Source of the DNA: Candidatus Saccharimonadota bacterium
Lineage (GTDB): Bacteria > Patescibacteriota > Saccharimonadia > Saccharimonadales > Saccharimonadaceae
Length of the DNA stretch: 64,000 nucleotides
Assembly: GCA_013333675.2 (NCBI GenBank)
Contig: JABCOJ020000009.1
Span: 204-64,203, forward strand
Reading direction: 5' to 3'
In this document: piece by piece, positions 9,140 to 16,989 of the stretch
How the letters are laid out: each line of letters begins with the position of its first letter
Numbering within the stretch: position 1 is the stretch's first letter
Notes under the pieces: model-generated
Told to the model about the DNA's origin: nothing
The model's database searches: none
Seen by the model: the letters and a program-made list of their open reading frames with translations, nothing else
Translations under genes and position numbers: made by a program

Positions 9140-10317
9140 TGAAAGTCACCGCGAGCGACTTATTAGCGATTTTGCGCCGGTTTGATGCGGCAACAGGCGA
9201 TAATGTGCCGCGCCATATTGATCAGATTAACGTTACGAATCCTAGCCTAATCAACCGGCTCGTCTCGTTTCGATTTGACCGCAAGCGTTTTTTTGTTTTG
9301 TTTGACGAGACTGCCGAAGACCGCGAATCATATATCATGCAGCAAATATTTACCGCAAAGAGCGACGCCGAAGGGGTGCTTTATGAAAATCCAACAAGCG
9401 ACTTGACAACTTACGGGTTGCCGTTCAAGGGTAAAGATGTCTATCTGTTTCAGCTAACGAGTCGTAAGCGTCGTCTTGATATCGTGCTCGCTGAGCGCCA
9501 TCCTGAGTATAGCCGTAGCACATGGCAAAAATATATTAAATCTGGCAATATTTTTGTCAATAATTCGCCCGCTAAAAGCCCGAAGCAAGAAGTTACCGAA
9601 GCAGATCGGATTGAAATTAATCTACCGAGTGCGGCAGATCACAGCAACCAGGCACTTCCGATTTTGTACATAGACGACGACGTTATCGTCATTAATAAGC
9701 CGGCAGGAATTTTGACACACAGTAAGGGCGCATTGAACGACGAGTTCACGGCCGCTGACTTTTTTCGGCGCTATACGACTGTTGGGTTGAATACGAACCG
9801 CCCCGGCATCGTCCACCGGCTTGACCGCGACACGAGCGGCGTACTAATTGGCGCGCGGACGCCGGAAGCGGCAGTGCGGCTCAAAAAACAATTTGCCGAG
9901 CGTAAAACGAAAAAATACTACCTAGCGATCGTGGATGGCATGCTGAAGCAGTCGCATGCAAAGATTGACGTTCCGCTTGGCCGTAATCCTGCTGCTCCGA
10001 GCATCTGGCGTCCAGACGTAAATGGCAAGCCGGCGCAAACGATATATAAGGTGCTCGCGCACCGCGGCGGCAAAAGCCTCGTTTTGCTTCGCCTGCTCAC
10101 TGGGCGCACCCACCAGCTGCGCGTGCATTTGCGGCACGTCGGCGTGCCGATCACTGGCGACCGCGTGTATGGCGCGCCAGCGACGCGGCTATTTTTGCAT
10201 GCGTATTCTCTTGAGATCACCATCGCACCAGGCGACCGCCGCACATTCACCGCGCCGGTTCCGCGCGAGTTCATTGAGTTATTCCCAGAGGCGAATGATG
10301 TCGACCTTGCTATTTGA
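9139..10317 (+). CDS. RluA/RluD-family pseudouridine synthase with S4 domain and N-terminal extension
   Basis: NKPAG, VHRLDRDTSG, TGRTHQLRVH motifs. Confidence 0.93.
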   Translation: MKVTASDLLAILRRFDAATGDNVPRHIDQINVTNPSLINRLVSFRFDRKRFFVLFDETAEDRESYIMQQIFTAKSDAEGVLYENPTSDLTTYGLPFKGKDVYLFQLTSRKRRLDIVLAERHPEYSRSTWQKYIKSGNIFVNNSPAKSPKQEVTEADRIEINLPSAADHSNQALPILYIDDDVIVINKPAGILTHSKGALNDEFTAADFFRRYTTVGLNTNRPGIVHRLDRDTSGVLIGARTPEAAVRLKKQFAERKTKKYYLAIVDGMLKQSHAKIDVPLGRNPAAPSIWRPDVNGKPAQTIYKVLAHRGGKSLVLLRLLTGRTHQLRVHLRHVGVPITGDRVYGAPATRLFLHAYSLEITIAPGDRRTFTAPVPREFIELFPEANDVDLAI

Positions 10318-11128
10318 AAGCACAACGAAACGGCAGCTTGACGCGCTCGCTACCGATTTGCCGCAGTCGACGCTGCTAACTGGCGCTGACGGCGCTGGGC
10401 TGCTCGCTGCTGCAAAGTATGCCGCTGGTGCAAATATCGCCGCACTAATTCAACCGACCGATAAAGACGGCGCCGTTGCTCCTGCGGGCTCAATTAAGCT
10501 TGATGCGATTCGCCAGCTGCGCCGGCAGGCGAGGGGGCGAGCTGCTACGCGAACGATTTTTATCATTGATGATGCCGATCGCATGAATCACCGGGCGCAG
10601 AATGCATTTTTGAAATTGCTTGAAGAGCCAACGCCGCATATTCACTTTATTCTAACGTCGCACAAGCCGCATTTGCTGCTCGCTACGATTTTGTCGCGTG
10701 TGGAACGATTTAGCATTAGACCGATTTCGTTGCGCCAAACGCACCAACTGCTTAAGCAGCTTGGCGTCGATGACCCGCGTACAGAGCAGCAGCTTTTGTT
10801 TTTGGCGTCCGGAAAACCCGCTGCACTTACGCGGCTTGCCCGCGATCCGGTGAACTTAGAGAAGATTGGTAATATCGTGCGCGACGCGCAGCAGTTTATT
10901 CGCGGATCAAACTACCAACGCGCTGCAATCGCTATGCGCTACACCGACCGGCAGGCAGCGCAGCAGTTGTTATCGTACTGCCTCGCGATCATTACGCACA
11001 CGCTGCACCGCAATCCATCGCACAGCCTTATCCATAAAAGCGAGCATATCGCCGATGCGTACGAGCGAATTGCCGCCAACGGGAATGTACGCTTGCAGCT
11101 TGTTGCCCTGACGTTGTTAATGGTATAA
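10298..11128 (+). CDS. holB: DNA polymerase III delta-prime-like subunit
   Basis: IIDDADRMN..AQNAFLKLLEEP and TILSR motifs; degenerate P-loop. Confidence 0.85.
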   Translation: MSTLLFESTTKRQLDALATDLPQSTLLTGADGAGLLAAAKYAAGANIAALIQPTDKDGAVAPAGSIKLDAIRQLRRQARGRAATRTIFIIDDADRMNHRAQNAFLKLLEEPTPHIHFILTSHKPHLLLATILSRVERFSIRPISLRQTHQLLKQLGVDDPRTEQQLLFLASGKPAALTRLARDPVNLEKIGNIVRDAQQFIRGSNYQRAAIAMRYTDRQAAQQLLSYCLAIITHTLHRNPSHSLIHKSEHIADAYERIAANGNVRLQLVALTLLMV

Positions 11129-11139
11129 TAGGCGGTAAC

Positions 11140-11796
11140 ATGTTTGGACTATTGTTTGTCGTTGCGGTTGGGATTTTTACTCTGTGGTATACGCAGTCGC
11201 CAAATGAAGCGACGCGGGATTTACCGCAGAGGCTGTCGGCGAAACTTGATAAATTATGGGAAATTGCTCAGGAATCATTGAAGTCACAGCGGTATTTGCG
11301 CGCCGAAAAAGCCTTGTTAACCATTTTGCGTATCGACGAGCGTAATGCTACCGCCTACAACCGGCTCGGTATTTTATACGCCAAGCAGCAAGCGTACAGC
11401 GATGCGATTGAATGCTTTGAAATCGCGCAGAGCTTAGAACCGAGCGCATCAAGCTTGCATAACGTCGGTCTGATTTATTATGAAACTGAAGATTACGAAA
11501 AAGCGGCGCTGGCGTTTGAACAGGCGCTCGCGATGGAAGAAACAGTTGCTTCGCGCCATATCGCGTATGCAAAGGTGCAAGAAAAACTTGACCATCCGAA
11601 GCGAATGTTTGAGCACCTAGAGCGCGCGATTGAGCTAGAACCGAGCGTGCAAAGCTACAATATTTTAGCAGACGCCTACGAACGTAATGGCGAGCACGAA
11701 AAAGCCGGCGCGTTGCGCACGCGAATTAATCGCGCGATTAACAGCAAAAATCCGCCCGCCGCGCGTATCAAGCAGCCTCGCCGCGTTGCGATGTAA
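11140..11796 (+). CDS. Membrane-anchored TPR protein
   Basis: N-terminal hydrophobic helix; TPR-like AYNRLGILY and LHNVGLIYY repeats. Confidence 0.85.
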   Translation: MFGLLFVVAVGIFTLWYTQSPNEATRDLPQRLSAKLDKLWEIAQESLKSQRYLRAEKALLTILRIDERNATAYNRLGILYAKQQAYSDAIECFEIAQSLEPSASSLHNVGLIYYETEDYEKAALAFEQALAMEETVASRHIAYAKVQEKLDHPKRMFEHLERAIELEPSVQSYNILADAYERNGEHEKAGALRTRINRAINSKNPPAARIKQPRRVAM

Positions 11797-11910
11797 AGGG
11801 CTTGCTCTCGCTGCACAAATACGCTACACTATATCTTGAGCGGTAAGCTAGTACCTTTCTAATTTTTTTGAGTAATTTTTAGACCGTCTGTCGGTTATTT
11901 CAGCTAACAT

Positions 11911-11987
11911 GCCGCTTTAGCTCAGCTGGTTAGAGCACCTCTTTTGTAAAGAGGGGGTCCCGGGTTCGAATCCCTGAAGCGGCTCCA
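11911..11987 (+). tRNA. tRNA-Thr(TGT)
   Basis: Cloverleaf; anticodon arm CCTCT-TTTGTAA-AGAGG; GGTTCGAATCC; encoded CCA. Confidence 0.96.
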
Positions 11988-12034
11988 TATTAGGCAGGTT
12001 TTCATATTTATGAACTTGCGTTACTCATCGTCAT

Positions 12035-12119
12035 GCCGGAGTCGTCTAGTGGCAATGACAGGAGACTGTAAATCTCCCGCTTTTTAGCTTCGTAGGTTCG
12101 AGTCCTACCTCCGGTACCA
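12035..12119 (+). tRNA. tRNA-Tyr(GTA)
   Basis: Anticodon arm GGAGA-CTGTAAA-TCTCC; long variable arm; T-loop GTTCGAG; CCA. Confidence 0.95.
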
Positions 12120-12212
12120 TTTTGCTTCTTATCTCCGCGCCTGAGAAGACTTTTTACTTTTGTATAGATGCGTTTGATTGCTTTTTACGTAAAGTTATGC
12201 TATAATTAAATT

Positions 12213-12497
12213 ATGAGAGAGTTTTTGCGGCAATTTGCTGCCGAGTGGAACGGCGACCGAAATCAACGCACGAAATTGCAGCGGGCGTACATAACAGTAG
12301 CCGTACTACTGTCTGCTGTTGCGGGCATGTTTGTGCTGGTCAATGCAGATGTCAGCCGAGTACTAGCGCTTGCTGCCGTAGGTCTAGCAGGCGTGTACAT
12401 TGCAAATGCTGCCATGTGGCTGCTGCTTGACTCTATCGTTTCGCCGAAATTGCCAAAACCCGAAGTTAAGCCTACTAGAGCTCCCCGCCGAAAATAA
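12213..12497 (+). CDS. Small two-TM membrane protein
   Basis: Two hydrophobic helices; TGnTATAAT 6 nt before the ATG. Confidence 0.75.
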   Translation: MREFLRQFAAEWNGDRNQRTKLQRAYITVAVLLSAVAGMFVLVNADVSRVLALAAVGLAGVYIANAAMWLLLDSIVSPKLPKPEVKPTRAPRRK

Positions 12498-12583
12498 CTG
12501 GCGTACTAGGCAGAGACTGTGGAGTTTGGTATAATCTTGAAGTGCTATGCTCCGCAAGTATGTTGCGAAGCGTGGTGATATGT

Positions 12584-12659
12584 GCCGCGATAGCTCAGTT
12601 GGTAGAGCGCATCCATGGTAAGGATGAGGTCTCGGGTTCAAGCCCCGATCGTGGCTCCA
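12584..12659 (+). tRNA. tRNA-Thr(GGT)
   Basis: Anticodon arm CATCC-ATGGTAA-GGATG; GTTCAAG T-loop; CCA. Confidence 0.96.
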
Positions 12660-12711
12660 GAATCGGATTTTTTACGGAAAGGTCGCCCGTGAGGGCAATC
12701 GAATCGCGGAC

Positions 12712-12917
12712 AAATCAAATCTGGAACGTTTTTATGCGCTTGCTAGAACTCGTTTTAGTATAAAAACTAATCTACGGGCCGCGCCACCTGTGCGTGCGGG
12801 CTTGCATGCACGTCATCAGCCGGGGTCCCCACAAAAATTTATTTTGTGGGGTGGAGGAAAGCCCTTTTCGTATTTTTAAAATTTCCCCACCGATTTTTTA
12901 GTTGTAAAAGGTTTTCT
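12712..12917 (+). repeat. Left copy of long imperfect inverted repeat bounding the island
   Basis: Blocks AAATCAAATCTGGAACGTTTTTAT...GCTAGAAC, GCGCCACCTGTGCG and TTTTTAAAATTTCCCC...TTTTTTAGTTGTAAAAGGTTTTCT have reverse complements within 18009-18244. Confidence 0.88.
12817..12865 (+). repeat. REP-like palindromic element A, copy 1
   Basis: CCGGGGTCCCCACAAAAATTTATTTTGTGGGGTGGAGGAAAGCCCT; inverted copy at 14395-14444. Confidence 0.8.
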
Positions 12918-12926
12918 AGCGAGGTG

Positions 12927-12996
12927 TCTACCATAAATGATAGGATGGTGCGGCTTTTAGTCGGCAGAGCCGACCGCGCTACGCGCTCTTGCCCTG
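12927..12996 (+). repeat. Multi-hairpin repeat B, copy 1
   Basis: TCTACCA..TGATAGG...GTCGGCAGAGCCGAC.GCGCTACGCGC..TGCCCTG; direct copy at 14453-14517. Confidence 0.8.
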
Positions 12997-13062
12997 CGTG
13001 TTATGCGGCTAGCAAGAGCACAAAAAGGACGGCTTGCGCCGTCCTTTTGATAAAATAGAGGC

Positions 13063-13875
13063 ATGGAGAAGGTCCTAAATTGGTATACACAGAATAAGGA
13101 TTATATTGACCTTAGCAAAGACATTGTGTTTGTCGTAGGTGCTGTTGCGACATTCGTCGGCTTCTATCAGTTCATTAAATTTCTCATAGAGAGAAAAATT
13201 CTTAATAAAAGACAAGAAATGGACAATGATGCTAGGCTATATCGAGAAATTTATTCTAAGCTAAAGGCTTATGTTGACAGCTATGAGGTAACTCAAGAAA
13301 AACTAAGAGATATAGGTATTCGGTTGCTCTATATAAAAAACTACCCCTACAAGCTAGATAACGACGGTTTTCGGCAAGAGCTTTTTTATTATGTTTTCGA
13401 CGCAGGACATAAAGCTAATGGCTATATATCTGGAAAAGGTATTTATATTTTAAACTTCTTGCGGTACTTTGATAATTGCGTTTACGTGAATCCCAAAAAT
13501 GGTAAATGGTTTATTGACGAAAAAGGACGCTCATTCAGAAAATATAAAGATCTAAAATACGAGCATTTACTAATGCGCATACCGTTTGCGAATATTTTTG
13601 GCTATGATTTTGACTCTGACTGGTCAGATAAAGGCGAACCTGTTTTCTATACTAAGTATAAGTACACAGACTGGAGGCTGTTTGCTGATGATATGGAAGC
13701 TCTCACTCTGAAGAACGGCGAATACCCGTATAATCGTTTTTCTTTACGAAAGAGCAAGAGAACCAGACGAATTCGGTCATTCTTTCGTAAATCGAAGAAT
13801 AAACTCAAAGGTTATTTATATGATAGAAAAATCAAAAAGAAACTCAAAGAAAAACACTCAACGAATCAACGATAA
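13063..13875 (+). CDS. Hypothetical protein with N-terminal TM helix
   Basis: 270-aa AT-rich ORF with GAGG RBS; hydrophobic IVFVVGAVATFVGFYQFI segment; family not recognised. Confidence 0.8.
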   Translation: MEKVLNWYTQNKDYIDLSKDIVFVVGAVATFVGFYQFIKFLIERKILNKRQEMDNDARLYREIYSKLKAYVDSYEVTQEKLRDIGIRLLYIKNYPYKLDNDGFRQELFYYVFDAGHKANGYISGKGIYILNFLRYFDNCVYVNPKNGKWFIDEKGRSFRKYKDLKYEHLLMRIPFANIFGYDFDSDWSDKGEPVFYTKYKYTDWRLFADDMEALTLKNGEYPYNRFSLRKSKRTRRIRSFFRKSKNKLKGYLYDRKIKKKLKEKHSTNQR

Positions 13876-13892
13876 ATAGAAACATCGCCCTG

Positions 13893-14363
13893 CTAAATCT
13901 GAGTGTCCTTGCTCGGTTTCTTTTCTTTCGGCTCCTCATACATTGAGGCCAGACCTGCGATTGATATGCCGAGCGTGAAGAAAGCCACAAATGAAAACAA
14001 TAACCACGCAAGTATCGTTAATGCTATGTGAGCTGAATCCATAGCCCATAGTGCGAAAATATAGGATAAACCGCCACCGACTAATGCAACCACTATCACT
14101 GCAATCATATTTGCAATGTTCAATTTTCTATTTGTTCGACGAAGTAGTCGTTCAGCTTCTATTTTGAGTAGTTTTGCTATATCACCTCTAGCTTTGGTGG
14201 TGTCGGGTAGGCTGGCGTATATATCTGAATACTCTTTTAATCTCTGCGTCATCTTCGTACTAGCGTTCTGCTCGTTCAGAAATTTGACAAACGAAGTCAA
14301 AAACGACAATGCGGCAACGGCAATACCTGAAATAAGTGGAACGTTGTTTGCTAACCAGTCCAT
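13893..14363 (-). CDS. Hypothetical three-TM membrane protein
   Basis: 156 aa; one N-terminal and two C-terminal hydrophobic helices; TATAAT and AAGGAG upstream. Confidence 0.82.
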   Translation of the reverse strand: MDWLANNVPLISGIAVAALSFLTSFVKFLNEQNASTKMTQRLKEYSDIYASLPDTTKARGDIAKLLKIEAERLLRRTNRKLNIANMIAVIVVALVGGGLSYIFALWAMDSAHIALTILAWLLFSFVAFFTLGISIAGLASMYEEPKEKKPSKDTQI

Positions 14364-14394
14364 GTAAACTCCTTATATTATTATACTATTTTAT

Positions 14395-14444
14395 AGGGTT
14401 TTCCTCCACCCCGCAAAAATACGTTTTCGCGGAGACCCCGGCCG
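14395..14444 (-). repeat. REP-like palindromic element A, copy 2 (inverted)
   Basis: AGGGTTTTCCTCCACCCCGCAAAAATACGTTTTCGCGGAGACCCCGGCCG matches the reverse complement of 12817-12865. Confidence 0.8.
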
Positions 14445-14452
14445 GTGGGGCA

Positions 14453-14517
14453 TCTACCAAAATGGTAGGGTGACGCGGTTTTGGTCGGCATAGCCGACGC
14501 GCTACGCGCCTGCCCTG
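14453..14517 (+). repeat. Multi-hairpin repeat B, copy 2; overlaps the RT stop codon
   Basis: TCTACCAAAATGGTAGG...GTCGGCATAGCCGACGCGCTACGCGCCTGCCCTG. Confidence 0.8.
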
Positions 14518-15341
14518 ATGATACCCTTCTGTATAGCGTAAGCCTGCAACTTTATCATAAGCCGCTTATCTATCATATTTAAGTTCGCTAGCCAGCCCTC
14601 AAGGCTCGTTTCGGTCATGCGCCCGTTAGCCACATCTGAGAATATCTCTTTTCGTTTTTGTCGTGTAAGGGCTACGCCCTTATTGACAAGAAGACCACAG
14701 ATAATTTGCGGTGCATGTGCGTGCATAACTTTTATCTTTGCCTTACTGACAGCAAGTCCGGCTCTAGATAGTTGGACAGTAACCAGATTTATGACCTCTG
14801 CGGCATTAACCCGCTGACCCGATAGCGCGATGTCATCGACATAAATAGTCATATCAACACGCTCGCGTCTTAGTAGTCGATTGACTTGCAGTAGTGTATC
14901 GTTTAGACATAAGTTTGTAAGATAGCTACTTGTTGCGAAACCTTGCGGAATGCGATGTCGATAGCAGAGCTTGACTGCGAGACGTGACGCAAGGCCACTA
15001 GACAAGCCAAGTTTGTCGATGAGTGCTCGCTGCACTTCGCGCTGAGTGATAGAACCAAAACAATCGCGTATGTCAATTGCAATAACCGTACTCTTGTTGG
15101 CATGAGGGCGAGCAAAAGACACATAGCTTCGCTTTTTGACACCACCATGAATAAAAGTCGGCCAATCACTACGCTGCCGATACAGCGCACGCTTTATGCT
15201 CTTGAGCCACTTATTGAGTGCTTTGTTCGGCTTAACGACAGGGCGCGACGTACCGTCGCGCTTTGGCTCGGTAGTACAGAATACGCCCGCGCCAGCGGGG
15301 TACTCTGCCAATAGTTTTTCTAGTTCCTCAGTATTCCCCAT
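14502..15341 (-). CDS. Reverse transcriptase, retron-like, 279 aa
   Basis: PKRDG..RP...P, HGGVKKRS, IDIRDCFGSI, IPQGFATSS and catalytic YVDD; FARPH at the retron NAxxH position and ICG at the VTG position; AGGAG RBS. Confidence 0.93.
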   Translation of the reverse strand: MGNTEELEKLLAEYPAGAGVFCTTEPKRDGTSRPVVKPNKALNKWLKSIKRALYRQRSDWPTFIHGGVKKRSYVSFARPHANKSTVIAIDIRDCFGSITQREVQRALIDKLGLSSGLASRLAVKLCYRHRIPQGFATSSYLTNLCLNDTLLQVNRLLRRERVDMTIYVDDIALSGQRVNAAEVINLVTVQLSRAGLAVSKAKIKVMHAHAPQIICGLLVNKGVALTRQKRKEIFSDVANGRMTETSLEGWLANLNMIDKRLMIKLQAYAIQKGIIRAGA

Positions 15342-15523
15342 ATTCTCCTGTATGTGCCTACCTGATAGATAGAAACATAGAGGAGACCAAAGTACTTTTC
15401 GATGATTTTTACCACTGTTTGAACCAGTAGCTTGAAGCCATCACCCATACTGATGCTCATAGATGAGTACTCAGTGTGAGACTTTAGAGTCGTACGTTTA
15501 TATTTAGTACGCTGTAAGTTCAT
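15320..15523 (-). CDS. Small 67-aa protein overlapping the RT start (candidate RT partner/effector)
   Basis: GAAAGGAG RBS 5 nt before ATG 15523; MNLQRTKYKR...YRRIWGILRN; stop lies inside the RT 5' end. Confidence 0.6.
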   Translation of the reverse strand: MNLQRTKYKRTTLKSHTEYSSMSISMGDGFKLLVQTVVKIIEKYFGLLYVSIYQVGTYRRIWGILRN

Positions 15524-15535
15524 CAAAACTCCTTT

Positions 15536-15795
15536 CTCCACGCATACGCGGGGTCTCGCTTTCCGCACTGTCCAGAAAAGGTCATACAACGTACTTTGAC
15601 CTCTAGGAGCGTCTCGGTCTGAGCATAGATCTCGTAACCGGTAGGTCTCGCACCGGCGAAGCCGGGTGCAAATAGTCACACAATAATGCACTACAAGAAT
15701 GACATTAAAGGGGGGCAATTTATGGCATTGTTGCCATGTCACAGCACATTGAGCGAGTAGGAAGATGAAACGTACCGACTACCTGAGTAGTCCCA
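15536..15795 (-). ncRNA. Candidate RT-associated structured RNA
   Basis: Between an extended -10 promoter and the small ORF/RT; stem-loops at 15777-15792, 15722-15737, 15650-15669, 15579-15602 and a weaker one at 15536-15554. Confidence 0.6.
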
Positions 15796-15801
15796 CCTAC
15801 T

Positions 15802-15810
15802 ATTATAACA
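15802..15810 (-). promoter_or_regulatory. Extended -10 promoter for the ncRNA-ORF-RT unit
   Basis: Minus strand reads TGTTATAAT. Confidence 0.7.
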
Positions 15811-15831
15811 TGTCTATGCTAATAGTTAGCC

Positions 15832-16989
15832 CTATAAATCTATAAGTTGCCGGAGGTATTCCTTGCTCTTATTCACGTCAATCTCATTGTTCGGAGTATT
15901 GATAAGAGAGTCTATAGTCTGGCCGCTAAACTGTGCCACGCCTCGCGAGTTGCGTCCAGCCCAGTGCGCAAGTAGGTGAGTTGTATCCCTGAGGTCATTT
16001 TGAAACATAGAGATAAGAATCTGTCCTACTATCTGCTTAGGCATAATGCCAACAAAATAGAACATGAAGACAGAATTTTCCAGAGACAAGAATTCTAAAA
16101 TCTTATCAATATTATATGCCTTAGGAGCAGAATTAAGTATCATCACTTTTGTCTTAATGTCTGTCGCCGTATTATAGTTATCAAAGACTTTTTCAAAATC
16201 GCCAAGCGTATTTTTTGTCCTGAAGCTTGGAATACGTTTAACTCCGGATTGAAGCGCGTCAATCAGCTCGGCTCTCAATTTCTCGTCCTCGCCAGCGATA
16301 ATGTATTCTATAACCCTACCTCGAACATTAACATTATCAATCAGACTTGCAAGTATTATTTCATTTTCGTAGCGCTTTGTTGCTTTGTCTAACTCGTCTT
16401 TCAACATTGCATACTCGGGAGATTCTATAAACGACTGTGCACGTTCTGGAGCTGAGAGTATCACCTCTTTTACTCGAGGAGATACAATATACTTAACACC
16501 GCTTGGAGATATATTATTCGTAGCCTCTACTAGTCGCGCCAGATTACCCTCAAAGCCAATTTCAGCGTGCATAGCAAACAATTCCTCAAAATTATCCGGT
16601 TCGTTCTTTATGCCATTCAGTGCATTCATAATGTCGGAGCCATTGATGCTACCTCTTATATTATCAACTCTCAATGCTTGCGATGAGTGACTAACTTTTG
16701 TGATTAGCGTAGAATTAGCGAGGAATAAATAGTTCTTACTAGGCGTATTCAGGCATACAATAAAAGGTAAGTCATCAAACTTTTGTAAATTTGAAAGTGA
16801 TATAACTGTGTTAGAGAAGTTGGTTGATTTTGAAGAGCTGAACCTTATAGCAAATGTATCTGAATAGTATACAGACCTATCTTTAGTTAGCCCAAACTTT
16901 GCCTGAACTGATTGTACTAGTTGAGCCTTGTCAGTTCTTCCGTTAAGCCCTTCTATGTAGCTAATTAGTGAGTAAACTTGCTTGTCCAT
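15832..16989 (-). CDS. Probable type II restriction endonuclease (by context)
   Basis: 385 aa overlapping the MTase stop; possible PD-(D/E)xK-like GD...TDIKTK; not confirmed. Confidence 0.6.
   Translation of the reverse strand: MDKQVYSLISYIEGLNGRTDKAQLVQSVQAKFGLTKDRSVYYSDTFAIRFSSSKSTNFSNTVISLSNLQKFDDLPFIVCLNTPSKNYLFLANSTLITKVSHSSQALRVDNIRGSINGSDIMNALNGIKNEPDNFEELFAMHAEIGFEGNLARLVEATNNISPSGVKYIVSPRVKEVILSAPERAQSFIESPEYAMLKDELDKATKRYENEIILASLIDNVNVRGRVIEYIIAGEDEKLRAELIDALQSGVKRIPSFRTKNTLGDFEKVFDNYNTATDIKTKVMILNSAPKAYNIDKILEFLSLENSVFMFYFVGIMPKQIVGQILISMFQNDLRDTTHLLAHWAGRNSRGVAQFSGQTIDSLINTPNNEIDVNKSKEYLRQLIDL

Noticed and set aside
14502..15341. RT as group II intron, DGR or CRISPR-associated RT
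   Set aside because: No maturase/endonuclease extension, no TR/VR pair differing at adenines that I could find, no avd-like gene, no cas genes or array.
15524..15742. 140-aa version of the ORF upstream of the RT
   Set aside because: The GTG start has no RBS and runs through the hairpin-rich region; ATG 15523 has a strong SD.
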